Origin: Phoronis australis
Lineage: Eukaryota; Animalia; Phoronida
Direction: 5' to 3'
DNA: 64,000 nucleotides
Assembly: GCA_002633005.1 (NCBI GenBank)
Contig: NMRA01000032.1
Coordinates: 1,500,672-1,564,671 of the forward strand
Both the position numbers and the translations under genes were made by a program. Below the pieces are notes generated by a model. That model saw only the letters and a list, made by a program, of their open reading frames with translations. It was not told the origin of the DNA and searched no databases. Position 1 is the stretch's first letter. Each line of letters opens with the position of its first letter. Shown here in pieces: positions 25,679-39,401 of the stretch.

Positions 25679-27290
25679 GTGAACACATCCACTACCACAA
25701 GAAACTGTAGGAACACCCCATTTATCCACCTTCACTCTCTTCAGGCTTCTATTGTGAGTCAGCATGCGTGAATAATTGGCTGATAAACCACCTATGGAAC
25801 TACTTTTGGCTGAATGGATGACCAGGCCATAAAATGATAATTAGCCAAGACCAGTTAAATAAGGCAACAAAGAATAATGTAGTAGCATCATCTAGCCTTG
25901 GTGGAAAGCTATATACTGTATTGGCTCTAATAAAGGCTTAGAAAAATTCATTTCATGGGGAGGGGACCCTTATATTGTAGCTTATGGCAGCTGAAACCCG
26001 GTTTCCGTAACGGGTAAAATCGGAAGCTAGGGTTCGTCAAATTTTCGCTTTATGACGTATTTGTAGCCTATGACAGTCTTTCTACAAAAGGGTAGTGCAT
26101 TGCTTTCAAACTCTGTTGTTAAATTACGATAATTTTTCAAAAAATTGTACTCCAATCCCAGGGCGAAAACTTGCCGATTGATACTTTGCTGAATCGTGAT
26201 CGTCCATAGGAAAACTTGAATTCTTGAATAAAAATATAGTTTCGACTCCACAAATTACCTGAAATGTTTCCTTATGTTTTACAATTTTCGTACACCACAA
26301 CACGAGGAAAATCTCTGGATGAACACACATGCTGTTGTCACGTGATGTTTGTTTTGAAGTTCGTCTGCGCATGAGAGAGTGAGCGAGCGCGTGCAGGTCA
26401 TCGACGACTACAAAAGGCGGAGGATTATGCAAGAAAATGGCGTTTATGTTTTTCAGTTAAACGGCTGCAACGTGCAAGGTGAGTGCAGGTTAACTCACAG
26501 ATTTTGTGTGCACAGGCCGACGGCCGTTAGCTCTACCGTGGAGTAAAACATAATAGTCCTAGGCTCGATCTACATATTGGGGACGAGGTGACAAGGTGAA
26601 CTACCCAGGCCGTGTGACATTTCTGGGTCTAACGGAGACTGACGCAGTGGTCAGCCAGCACGCTGTATCAAAACTATCGTCAAAATCCAAATTCATTTTA
26701 TCGTGTCCCTGTCAATAACAACGGCATGCTAAAGTTTCTGAATGTTCGTACTTCAGGAACATAACAATCACGTGATTTGTATACATACGCGCACGCCGCA
26801 GATCACATCTTGGAAATTTCCGATTTGACGGATGACAATGAATGAGCACAATGAAATTAATTGTCGTTTTACAGCTTGTAAGAGTTATAATAAACGTCTT
26901 TTGAATATTGCAATGCATGTGTTTCAAAATCTAAATAACTTGGGTCCTATATTTTTGTATTCGTGCGCGCCGAATGAAAGTAATCGTGAGTGTTGCTGTG
27001 TTGCAAAATCTCTTATCCTGGGCCGATTTGAACAATTCAAAATTGTACTCATATTTTTTTCGCTCCTCTTTTCAAATATTACAGTAAAGACTACGTAAAG
27101 CTCTCTCCATAAAAAGTACAGTCTGCTAAGCTAGATTGTAATTAGCTGATCATCTCCGCGTGAGCAAAGCCAATTATCCTCGCTCATGACTTGATGAATA
27201 GATCAGATTGGCAGGATCCCTTTGATCTATGCCGAGCAGGGCTCAACCAAGGTGGATAAATATGGTTTACTTCAATCTGCCAAACCCCAC
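25679..27290. mobile_element. ~1.6-kb repeat element, copy 1 (inverted relative to 39402-41091)
   Basis: Colinear reverse-complement similarity along its whole length, e.g. CTGGGCCGATTTGAA near 27018 vs TTCAAATCGGCCCAGG near 39671. Confidence 0.85.
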
Positions 27291-27864
27291 CATAAGTCCG
27301 GGGTTAATGGGCCAATCTTATTTACTGGGAATGTTTATAGCATGCATTCATAAAGTAGATGCCTACATCCCACATTTTATGAAAGTCCAACGAGGGCCTT
27401 TGAAAATAAAGAGGTAAATGCAAAAAACCAGAATTGCCACTAGGGGGCACACTGGTAGTCCGATCCGTCCGAAAGCCGCCATCCTCTGTGGTCAACCTCA
27501 TATAAATGCACCAGCAAAATTCAACAGATTCTGTAGAGCCTTTAGGAGATACAGCCATGGGCGCAAAAACAAACAAATCTGCCACTAGGAGGCGCCACAG
27601 TAGTCAAAGTTGTCGAAAATCATCATCAGAGCAGTTTGGTTGATGGAATTAATGCGGACGCCAAAAAACAATAGTAAAAAATAGTAATGAAAGTGCTCCG
27701 AGGAGCGACACTTGGTGAAATTAACAGAAAAGACGACGATAGAGATGATGACGAAGATGACGAATATGACGACGATGGTGGCGATGATGAACAACATAAG
27801 TAATGATAACATTCACAAGACGAAAGTAGAGGCCAGAAATCAGCAAGTATAGACTACTGTCTTG

Positions 27865-28745
27865 AGCGAAATTAACTGAAAAAGACAACAACGGAGATGA
27901 CGACGAAGACGACGTATATGATGACGATGGTGATGATGTTGAACAACATCATAACATTCATATGACGCATTTAGATGCCATAAATCAGCCAGAAATAGGC
28001 TAGAGTCTCGTTCAATAGAAGCTAAACCAACATCAATGCAGCCAGAGCGCTCAACAAAGGAACAACGCTATCAGAAAATCTCGAATAATTCGAAAAGTAG
28101 ACGACCTAGGGAAAAATGGATAACATCTTCTCAAAGCCCGTTCAAAACTCTATTAAAATTGATAGTATCGTAAAATTCCGTTAGTTTTTCCAAAAAATTG
28201 AAATTTTGCGTTTTTTTTTTGAAATGCAAAGTAAAATAACTCGAAAACGGAAAGTCTGAGAAAAAAATTGTTACAGTTCATTTGAATGAGCATACGTCAG
28301 AGAATCCCCATGCAAAATTCACATCATTTTCTCTTCCCGTTTAAAATGGCACTCTGGCATGACTGAAAATGGGTCAATATGCGTCAGATCCGCCATCTTG
28401 GAATCAACTTCCGATTTTTTAGCTCTGAATAATAGCAGGTCAAAAGAAACTAATACCTGGAAAATTCGAAGGAATTGGGCTCATATTGCACCCTCTACCT
28501 GAAAAACATTTTTACCCTGGAATCAAAGTGCACATGCGCGATTGTCAATATTTTCGCCATCTTGAAGCGGAAGCTCACAATGTTTTGTACATATATTGTA
28601 CTTGTCTGGTTCTATATTTTCGTTGATTTTCAGCCGTGTACTCTAATAATTGCAGCTTCTAAGAATCTGAAATTGGAAACAAAATGACCGCCATGTCCGC
28701 TATTTTGAAACCGATCATGACCAAAAGCAATAGGCTTCCAAAAAC
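27865..28745 (+). mobile_element. ~0.9-kb repeat with (GAT/GAC)n head, copy 1 (copy 2 at 61455-62470)
   Basis: Near-colinear with 61455-62330, e.g. AAAGCCCGTTCAAAACTCTAT and CAGATCCGCCATCTTG. Confidence 0.75.
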
Positions 28746-28959
28746 GGGAGGATACCATCATCTCAATAATGGATGCCTAACTATCAAATTTTATGAAAAT
28801 TCGTGGAAGACCTGCAAAGATACAGATGTAAGCATAAAAAAATAAAATTGCCACTAGGGGGCACACTAGTAGTTGGGGAGGTCTGAAATTCATTGTCTTC
28901 TGTTGTCAGCCCATAAAAATATAAACATCAATCCAAAAATTTTTAAAAATGCAATGATA

Positions 28960-31890
28960 AAACTGTCAGAGCTAGGAAATTTATTGCTCCTATTATTTTA
29001 ATCTATGGGTTACCTCAGTCTTTGAAAAATTCCTTCCATACAATTCTTTCAATTTCAGATTTGTCTCTTTTAAAAGACCACCAAAATCAACCTCTTCAGT
29101 GGTTACACATAAACACAAAACATACTGGCTTCATGAATAACTTCATGCTCATCTTATGTCTTAGAATTGTCCGCCGTCCATAAAAAGATATATGTTTGCA
29201 GGAATAATGTCTATTTTCCATATGGAGAAAATATCGACATCAAGATGAATTTCAGCCATCTTGGATCGATTTGGCCTCTTGTAATTTCTCCCTCCTTAAA
29301 TCATGAAGTTGGGAACCTTTTTTTGGCCCTTTTTCTTTGGATGAAGAATTTCACATACGGTAACTTTGTTGATCAATTTTGCCATTACGGTATGTCCATG
29401 AGTTTTTCCAAGTAACTGGAAAAGAAAATCGTAATCCCACGTATTCCATTAAAAGAGTTTCTAAAAATAGTTTATCTGTTATACAGAATTGTAGATCAGA
29501 ATACGGAATCTAATCTAAGTTTGGCTGAATTATCAACCACATATTGTTTTTAACGGTTTTAATAGGACTTTATACAAAACTAACACATTCCATACTTTTT
29601 AGAAAGGAGATGTTGAATTTCTAGAAAGTATTTTCTAGTTTTGCTGAAATAGGTTTTAACATCACAGTTACCATTGAATGATCTGCTCTATATGCTGGCT
29701 CTTTTCTTACGTCCCCTCAGTCAATAACTGCTCAGAAGTTAGGAAAAAAATTTAATCTAGTGCGCTTATTTCACGCTCTCGATGTATATTCCATTTTGTG
29801 TAGATTAAATTCACGTCTACAGATAAAATGTAGTCGGAACAAAGCTCTAAAACTTTCTCAAGATTCTGGATTATTTAAATGACAATAGTTATATGACTTG
29901 TCCAATGACTGATTCCTTAACTAAATTAAAACTCATTGTCCAAATAATAGAACTACAGTAAACGTTAGGGTTAACGCCGTGGGCTGTTAAATTGGTGAAC
30001 CCCAAAATTCGGGGGGTGGACGGTTAACTGGACATGGGCGCTTAAACGTGAAATTTCAAAAAAATTTGCGGGTGAGGGCGTTAACCGAACATGGGCGCTT
30101 ATTATGACAGACAACAGCCCTGGGCAGCTAATCTTACCTCTTAGTCCCCACACGTACGTAGTGGGAACCCGTAACACTTTGCAAAGAGCTTTATCGTCAC
30201 GAAATGCGGACCCTGCGCACTCTAACACACATTTTCGAATTTGTAGACTGCGGTCAAATTCCGAACGTTTGCATAGACAGCGTGCTGCATAATTCAGCGC
30301 ATTACATGAGAAAGATTATTGCGAATTCTTCTCTTCATTTCACTGTTCTTCGCAGACATTGGTGAACATGTTCATCTGCGTAGCAGACCATGGCTACAGT
30401 CCCGAGTGCTAGTTGTCCAAGTTCTGAGCCAAAAAGTTTGACAAACTTAATTCAGATTTGTTTAGAGGGCTTGCGATGCTCATGTTCGGGACTCCGTGAC
30501 TCAAATTGTTAACGTATGGTTTACAGGAGGCTGTCTTATCCTGACCGACCGGCGCCGCTCACTTCCCGTAGTGTGAAATATGCTACGGTATGCAATGACG
30601 ACAAAAATCGCAGACAAGCGGATACCCTCGAGGCAGTTGTCAACCAAAACATGGTTAACTCAAGAACAATTATTTGCTGCAGATTTTATTTTAAAAAATA
30701 CTAATGACTTTGGCTGGAGTCCGAGGGAACATTAGTTCGTACACGCACGGCGTCGGTAAAATAATTTGAAGATAAAGCCCCAACTATTCGGGTAATCGGC
30801 ACCCCTGGTATGCTATGCGACCAGTGACGAGATCTAACCAGCAACGCGTCCTTACTAGTACTCGAAAGACGGACAGCCTTGCTAACCTGGCAATATTACA
30901 TTCATCAAAATAGGGAGAATTTGACACCTTTCCGTGAGTTATGGGAATTCTTGGAAATCCACGAGCTTCCAACCTTAAACTCATTGAGAGGGTTGGCGAA
31001 ACCACTTTATTTCTCTGACCTGATTATTTCGAATACACGTTTTATCTAGAGCACTGCAATCAGAAACTTGGTGCGGCAGACAGCGTGGCTGAAATTGGAG
31101 GTATTGATGCGGTGTGGTTCTTGAACTTAAATTTGCGACCATGAGAACAAAGCACAGTGACAAAGCGTTCAAGGTATTACATTTTGAAGCAAATCCATGA
31201 CCCAGGACAATAATTTGATTCTTGTATTATAATTCACATTGCCAAACCACCGCTTCCGACACTGTCGTTGCACTCTTTTTGTTATCATCGATTTTTATCT
31301 AAAATGGGTAATCGCGCATTTCCTTAGCACTGGGCGTGTAATCATCAATCTTCAAAAGTCGGGGATGGGCGCTTAACCGAGAGGTGTGCGCTTAACTGGA
31401 AATCTTCAAAAATCGCACAGGGGCGGTTAACCGAGCAGTGGGCGGATAAATCTAAAATCCACCTAAAGTAGGGGGTGGGCGATTAACTGAACATGGGCGT
31501 TAACCCGAACATTTACGGTATTTTCAAAGTCACCAAAAATGCTGAAACTTTTTAAAAAAATCTGGAGGGTCTCTATTTCGACTATAAACATTCACAATAG
31601 TTACATTTTCCCCATCAATTGACATACTATTCTCATCAGAAATATTTTGATGGATTTTAAGTTCAAAGTTATTGTTTGTAAATCTGGCACCCACAGGAAT
31701 TACATTTATATGAGCTGAGAAAGCATTCATGTCCTCAGGTTGTCCTAGTGAAATTTTCAGTTTTTAGCAAAATGAGCATCTTGAAGATAGTAGACAGATT
31801 ATTTCCTTTCTTCGAGAAAATTAAAACAGTTTTAGGCGTACCATATTGTACAAAACCCTTACAGTTCATAGTAACCACTTGAATGCTAGA
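28960..31890 (-). mobile_element. Decayed L1/Tx1-type LINE ORF2 fragment (APE endonuclease region), split by a TIR element
   Basis: Minus-strand peptide remnants: VVTMNCKG, VYYLQDAHF and VTIVNVYSRNRDPPDFFKK (31530-31880), and EPAYRADHSMVTV (~29670-29705, SDH motif). Many stops and frameshifts. Confidence 0.65.
29956..31518. mobile_element. TA-flanked TIR element (Tc1/mariner-pogo-type, non-autonomous), copy 1
   Basis: TA|CAGTAAACGTTAGGGTTAACGCC .. GGCGTTAACCCGAACATTTACGG|TA, with subterminal GGGCGGTTAA repeats. Confidence 0.8.
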
Positions 31891-33250
31891 TACAAAATGC
31901 AATACGTATTAGACAAGAAGATTCTCATGATCAGGAATGAGTGTCAGACCTAACTCAACTATTATGTATAATACAACTGCAAAGACCAAAGTGATATCAA
32001 AAATGTTACAAGCATCGACCATCGGAGTAACTATTTCAACCAAGTAAAACAGGAAACGTAGTTGAAAAAATGGTATGCAAATTTGTTCAAACACCCACTC
32101 AAACAGGAACCAGAATCACCAAGTAAGAAGTGGGACACACATGGACATATCCACAATTCACACTGAAAACAGAACATATCGTAATAGTTAATGGCAATGA
32201 ACCCAACTGAACACAACAGAAAACACCACAGAGTGCATTCTGGCCTTATTATGACATTGCCCACCCACTATTACATAACAAAGCAATTATAGGAAAGACT
32301 GGGGAACAGCTTCACTTGTTCCCGACCTCAATACATTCACCTGCACAGATAAATTACAAGCCAGATCTGACATAAAACAAATGAGAAAAGAAGTCTGGGT
32401 AAAGTAAAAAATGCAAAAAGCAAAACAAGAGTCAGAGAGCTTCAACCTCAATTCCAATGACAAAACTATATACATAAACATCATCCAATTTTCATAGTGA
32501 TCTCTCGACAAAAAAATGCATATGCCACAGAGACTCGTAAATAACGAAATGACCACCAGGTGGCGATGAATGACAAAAGCATCCCAAAATGTGAAGTTGT
32601 TGTCGTCTCTTATAAGTCAGAAAAGCTCTTCTCAGCTGGAACACAACTACCAATTTTCGAGCAGTTTGGTAAGTAGAGAGTACAAGGGCGGGAAAACAGA
32701 CTGGTCAATGACGAAAATGGTCACTACCTCATACAGTTTACTGAATGTGAATTCCTTGATAGAAACCTATTTACAAAAAAGCTCATTAAAAAACACCGAC
32801 AAATCCAGAAAATAAAAAGGAAAACGGAAAGTATACTCAAATTGACGTTACAGGGCACAGCAGCAGCAATCAGAACAGTGTGAATGTACACGGGAGTGTA
32901 GTCATCATCCATCAGACTTAACATGTGAATACACATCTGCCTGAATTTTCATGAAGATTCTCCACCAGGTTTTGTAAATTAAACAGCAGACAGAGATGAC
33001 AACAATTTGCATCCACATTTTTACGTGTATGTGAATGTATACGAAAACAAATTTTCAAAGGAGCATTCACTTATTAATAATTGTTGTTGACATTTCGCGG
33101 AATGAAAACAATTCCAACCAGCATTTTTAAAAGATGTAGGAAAGCACAATATCTGAGTAGTAAGTTATTAGCAAAATATAAAACATTTTTTAAGAATCCT
33201 GCAAAACCTCAACTGAATATCATTTAGATGCGGAGTTGCTTAGAAACATA

Positions 33251-35056
33251 CCGTAAACGTTCGGGTTAACGCCCTGGGCGGTTAAATTGGCAAACCCAAA
33301 AATCGGGGGTGGGCGGTTAACCAGACATGGGCGCTTAAACGTCAAATTTCGAGAAATCCAGGGTGGGCGGTTAACCGAACATGGGCGCTTATTACGACAG
33401 GCAACCGCCCTGGGCGGTTAATCTTACCTCGTGATCTAAGTCCCCACACCACACACGCACTCGGAACGCGTAGCACTTTTCAAAGAGCGTTATCGTCACG
33501 TCGCCACATGACGGGAAAAATGTCATAACAGCGGATGATCCTAACAAAGGTTATCATGCCCTCAGATTAGTTATTCACTATTAAATTTACAGAATTGCTG
33601 AGTAATAGCCCCGTGCCGTCCTGCGGTCTTGTTATTTAGCCCTGTAGTGTAGAGCGCAGACGACCAGTGACCACGCAGCCTCTACTTGGATTGCAACTAT
33701 TTCATCTTGCTAAAGTGCGCGCGTGCAAGCTTCACGTGTTGCAGAGGTCACAGCAGACATCAGATTTATGGTTACAGTCTCGTACTAGCTGCCAAGTTCA
33801 TAGTCAGAGAGCAGTTTTAAAATTGGTTGTAATAAAAGTTTGAAAACCTTAATTCAGATGTTTTTTTTGTGTTTGGGATGTTTATAGTCAACACTCCGTG
33901 ACTCAATGACATTTTCAGCGTATGGTTCTGTGGCTTGCTGTTTTATCTCGACTGCCCGGCATTGCTCACTTGCCGTTGCGCCAAACATGCTCGGCAAAGA
34001 AGTAGGCCCAAGACAAGAATCGGGGTTAAGCGGCCGTGTGCCACTCGTCAATCAAGAATAAAATTTCGAGCCACGGCATAAATATGTGATAAAACGCTAC
34101 AAAACAGCGATGTTTCAATTCATAAACGATCACCTTACCAAACTTCGTGGTGGAAAAACATTTATTTTTCATGCAAGATGTCCAGATTATCCTATTTATA
34201 TCACTTGCAATATCGCACTGCGGCACTGTTCGGTCCCGTTGTTAGCGCGCAATGTCTCAGTCGGCTGACAATCGTGACTTGGAAATGCCGTCAAGTAATA
34301 TAACGGCCTCTTTCAATATGCATCTCGTTTTTTATGGCCAAAGATAGCGGCGGGATTCAGCACGCGCGTAGGGCCTACGTGCGAGTCACCTGTCAATCAC
34401 ATGTTGGTGTCAAGGTAACATGCACTCCAAAGTGTGGGAACTTGCGCGCGTGCACCACTACAAAGTCACACATCAAAAGAGAATAGCGACAGTCCTAAGT
34501 AACAGAAACGGGCGTGACTATATACTTTTAACCATTGTCTCATTTCTCTGGCCTGATTTTTTCGAATATATGTTTTATCAAGTGCACTGCAGACGAAAAC
34601 TCAGCGCGGCAGACAAAGTCGCTGAAAGCGGAGGTTTTGACGCCGGCGGCGTTCTTAAACTTTGCAAACATGGGAAGAAAATAAAGTGACAAAAACGTTC
34701 AAGTATTATATTTTGAAGTGAGTCCATGACCCAAGACAATAACTCGTTACTTGTATAATTGCAATTCACATTGCTAAACCATCGTCTCGGAGGCCTGGCG
34801 TCATTGCGCTCATTGTGATCATCGATCTTTTTCTAAAAGTCGGGGAATCGCACGTTTCCTTAGCACTGGGTGCTAAATCTTCATTCTTTAAAAGTCGGGG
34901 ATGGGCGCTTAACCGAGAGGTGGGCGCTTAACTGGAAATCTTCAAAAATCGCAGGGGGGGGCGCTTAACCGAGCAGTGGGCGGTTAAATCGAAAATCCGC
35001 CTAAAGTAGGGGGTGGGCGGTTAACTGAGCATGGGCGTTAACACGAACGTTTATGG
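33251..35056. mobile_element. TA-flanked TIR element, copy 2
   Basis: TA|CCGTAAACGTTCGGGTTAACGCCC .. GGGCGTTAACACGAACGTTTATGG|TA. Its termini are near-identical to those of copies 1 and 3. Confidence 0.85.
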
Positions 35057-35294
35057 TAAGATCACAATAAGACAGAGGAATCCAATTTTAGTTTGGGTTC
35101 AAAAAACAATTTTCCAGTTTTAAAAGCCTAAGAAAAGCCTTGATTTCTGGCTGGACCAGCACCTAAAGTGCACAATCATGGATAAACATGATATCAGAAA
35201 AGCTTTACTGAACTATTACTCGTTGAACAAAATATTTTACAATCATCCAAAATATTTGGTCGTTCATTGTGAAAGGAAAAATGAATCTCCTTAC

Positions 35295-35406
35295 TTAATC
35301 CACAATCCACAGTATGGCTTCAGTCTTGCAAAATCGGGATCTGTAAGATGGTCACAAACCGTTTTCCGTAGCTCATAGTGAAGTTTATTTGCAGCCTGCG
35401 GGATAG
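35295..35406 (-). CDS. Roco gene exon: N-terminal half of the death effector domain
   Basis: ttttcag|CT ATC.. (A)IPQAANKLHYELRKTVCDHLTDPDFARLKPYCGLWI(K) |gtaagg. 112 nt, phase 1 to phase 2, with the DED helix 1-2 pattern Y.L...V...L...D...LK..C...I. Confidence 0.8.
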
Positions 35407-35530
35407 CTGAAAACAGTGAAAAAATACTATATTGTAGTTGTTAAGGGTAGTTGTGAGGGAATTTCTAAACCTGCTGAATTACCAACTGAAATCTATTGTA
35501 CTTATTTATGTAATTCACTGCAGGAACATG

Positions 35531-37045
35531 AACAAGGGCAACGCAGAGCGTTGAAATGTGCCCACGAATGCATTGCAAATGGTGTGCTTTTACGGTTATT
35601 TACATGTATTGGTATCATAAAAATGGCCACTAGATGGCGCAAAAATGTACAATCCATCCAGAAACGGGAACATGCCATATTTCATAAAAATCTGTCAAGG
35701 AACTTCAGAGAAACAAAGGAAAACAGAACAAAATGAAATTGTCACTTGTGGGCACAGTGTCCGTTGGATCCGCCTGAAAGACATCGTCGTCTGTTGTTAT
35801 TTTCATATAAATACACTTACTAAATCTAATAAAGATCCTGCAGTGGGTTTTGGAGATACAGCTATGGGCGCAAAACAAAACAAAACTACCACTAGGAGGT
35901 GCCACAGTAGTCAGTCGCCATCATCAAACGTCATCTTCAAACTCAAAACATATACGCCAATTTTCAAAACCATCCCTAGAATGATTTGGTTGATCGTGGG
36001 GTGGACGCTAAAAACAAGATTTGTCCTGCAAACGGTTTAATAGATACAGCCATGAGCGCAAAAAAAAACTGCCACTATGGAGCCACAGTAGTCGACTTCG
36101 TCGAAATATCGTCGTCAGCCGTTCACTTCATAGTAAAAACATACAATAATGCAAATTTTCAAAATTATCCTGAAAGCGGTTTGGTTGAAAGACGAGTGGA
36201 TGCCAAAAAAGAGACTTGAAAACAGTAAAAATGGCCACTAGGTGGCGCAAACTAGGTCGAATCCATCTGAAAACTGTGAGATAGAGTCATCTCATTAACA
36301 GATGCCTGTGTGCCTAATTTTATGAAAATACCTTGAGGACCCTTGAACATACAGAGGTAAGCGTAAAAAAATCAAAATTGCCGCTAGGTGGCACACCAGT
36401 TGTCAGATTCGTCTGAAAGTTGTCGTCCTCCGTTGTTAACTTCATACAGATACTCTTACTAAATTTAGTAAAGATCCTGCCAACGGTTTAGGGGATACAG
36501 CCATAGGCGCAAAAAAAACAAAACTGCCACTAGGAGGCGCCACAGTAGTAGAAGTCGTCGAAAAATCATTGTCAGCCGTCCACTTCATAGTAAGAACATA
36601 TATGCGAATTTTCACAATCATCCTTTGAGCGGCTTCAATTTGGTTAATAGAGGGGTGGACGCAAAAAAAAACGAAAACAGTAAAAATGGCCACTGGGTGG
36701 CGCAAACTTTGTCATATCCATCTGTAAATGGGAGTATATTGTCATCTCACTAACAGGTGCCTAATACCAAATTTTATGAAAATCCGTTCACGACTTTTGA
36801 AGATACAGAGGTAAACATAGAAAAACTAAAATTGCCACTAGGGAGTACACCGGTAGTCTGATCCGTCCGAAAGTTTGCTCATGCCGTTCCATCCACAGAC
36901 GAAACACATGTGCAAAATTTCATGAACATAGATCAAGGCGTTTTGGAGATAGAGCAGCGGACGCCGGACACCAGACGGACAGACGCCGGATGGACGGAGA
37001 TGACGGCATAATGCGTCCACATATAAATATGTGGCCGCATAAAAA
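35531..37045 (+). mobile_element. Full-length HINE/pearl-like (Helentron-associated) element
   Basis: AACAAG head, an internal degenerate tandem array, a GGAC/AGAC microsatellite (36958-37000), and a terminal hairpin ATGCGTCCACATAT-AA-ATATGTGGCCGCAT followed by AAAAA. Confidence 0.7.
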
Positions 37046-39401
37046 CTACATTCTATGGTCAATGTGCAACTAAATGATCCAGGTATCCTCCGTCACTCAA
37101 ATAGCATATGACTATCTTGGCCAATTGCACACCATGTTGTTAGCCATAGGAACTGTGACATATGCCTCTTTAATATCCTTAAAAAGAGAAGCGCACACAA
37201 AAACAGTTATAACAGCTTCATCTGCTTAACAGATACCTGTTTGCCAGATACAGAAACAAAGGTAAAAAATAAATTGCCAATAAGGAGTACACCAGTAGTC
37301 GGATCCGTCCGCAGGTTTGCTCGTCACATCTATGATAGGAAGAGGTCTACGAAATTTCATGCACTTCTATTGCGTGGTTTTGGAGTTACAGCAGCGGATG
37401 ACAGACAGTCAGGGATGACGGCATAAAGCACCCACATGCGTGAGTGCATAAAAACTGATGGCAAAATGCACTCAAGAACCTCTCCTGTAAATTTGGACGC
37501 ACAAAGACGGGTCAAATATATGGCCGTGCTAAATATATTTCTGTCAATCCCTGGTGTTAAAGTAAGTGCATTTCTATGACTGGACATTGGCACAACTTTT
37601 ATTAGTAAACACCACGGCCTTAATCCCTTGATTTTGGGGTCCAATATTCGCCTCATTCTCCTCTCAAAAGTATTGAAAAACCACAAAACTCAACTCATCA
37701 TGAGCAAAAATTCCCCTCAATTTGAAAGAGCACAAAAGTTAGTTTTGGCTACTTAAGGCATAGTCTGTGAGGGCCTGCAACATGATGGGGGTTCTATAGA
37801 TGGTGATCGGGAGGCAGAATTTTGCCCTCACCTCGAAATATTCCTCTCTCAGAAGGCACAGCCACCTTTCCCCTTGGATGAACGAAAGCACTGACCTCTT
37901 AAAATCTTTCTTCCAGGGGTTTTGATATTTTAGATGTATTGAGCTGTTCAGTTCAAGCAATTTTATGCAGCAGCTGATAACAGGATTTTTAACCAGTCAA
38001 AGGCATGCTAGATGTTGCGTGAAAAATAGCTTTTTGTGCTGCAATTTATAGCACCAGGAAAATACAGAACAGGCAATGAATGGCCTGTAGTATTGACATG
38101 GAATACAACCCAATAATCTGTGGGTATTATTTGTGGCTGTTTGAGTTTAACTAATACTTTTCTCTCTCAAGATAGGCCATGCTATGAAGTGTAAGCCAAT
38201 TAAAACTCAGACCTGAATTTAGGCCAACATCCACCTTGCATTCTGAATGGCCTGTCCAACAGACTCTAACGAATCTATGGACAAAGGTGTAGTTGGTATA
38301 CGATAACTAGTTGATCTGTTTAGCAAACTGTCTTCCAGCATTTCTGGTTTGACATTTCAGCACCACAGTAACGTTTTGTACCCAAGTCTATCTGATTTCA
38401 AGACAACCTAGCATTGGCCTAGACTGCAGTTCAGCTATACTATTCATAATGTATTAAATTGTACCTATTGAACTTGACAACTTGCACTAACACAGGTTTG
38501 TTTGCAAACTTTTGAAAACCTTCTCACACTGAAGTAACACAGCTCGACATGTGGCCTTAGTCATGCAGAAATGAAACGCCATGAATTCCAGCAATTTGCA
38601 ACAAATGTAAATATTAAGCCCTGTACCCCTTGGTGTGTCAGCATCAGTTATTTTGGCAGTTAACCTAAGTAGACAAATGATATGCTTCTACCCGGAATCA
38701 GTAGAATTGTTTTTTTGTAATATATACAGAGAAGGCAGCATGGTTGAGATTTGTGTTCATAACTCCTTGCGAGTCTAACAGTACTAATATGGAACGTCAC
38801 TATCATGTTGTGAGGATGCTTTAAACACAATTCATCCATCAGGACTCCTTGTATCCACATTCTTTCAGGCACAGCGTCTATTGTGAGGTAGTGATGTGTA
38901 TAATTAACTGATAAGCCATGATGGACATTAATTTCCAATGAATAGTTCAAGGTTCATTTTTGCTGAAAAAATAATGTAACTATACCTGACCAAATTTGAA
39001 AATTCACATAGTCTAACTTTTACTTCTCTATTCAGATATTATGGTATCCATCAAATTTTATGCTCCAAAAAGAAAATGGAAAATAGGGCCTGAATCCTTT
39101 CCTTGAAAAAAAAACCCAGTAATTATTTCACTATTTGACCTAGTGAAGCACAGAGTCACTCAATTGATGACTAAGCCCCAGTTGAGATTGGGATGTGGAT
39201 AGAACAGGTTCAGCTGACAACGTGACAAATGGAGAAATTCCAAAGATTTCTCCAAATTGATCCTCCCATTTAAATTGAAACTTGCAGGCTAATTTCACAT
39301 CTCTGGCATTGTTTATCCAAATAAGTTAGGAACACAACATATAGCGATGATCATGCTATGAACATTCCCACTAAATAAAATTGGTTCTAACCCCGGTGTT
39401 T

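Larger units (their letters stand above)
24719..28940 (+). mobile_element. HINE/pearl-like non-autonomous element with internal repeat array, interrupted by two other elements
   Basis: Head AACAAGAGCAACGCGGAGCGTTGAAATGCGCCTACGAATGCA is shared with 35531 and 45275. Recurrent GCCACTAGGNGGC and GATACAG motifs resume at about 27330-27700 and 28750-28940. Confidence 0.55.

Noticed and set aside
37739-38950. Short minus-strand ORFs as extra Roco exons
   Set aside because: They are not needed for the reading frame, have no good acceptor/donor pairs and show no domain similarity.
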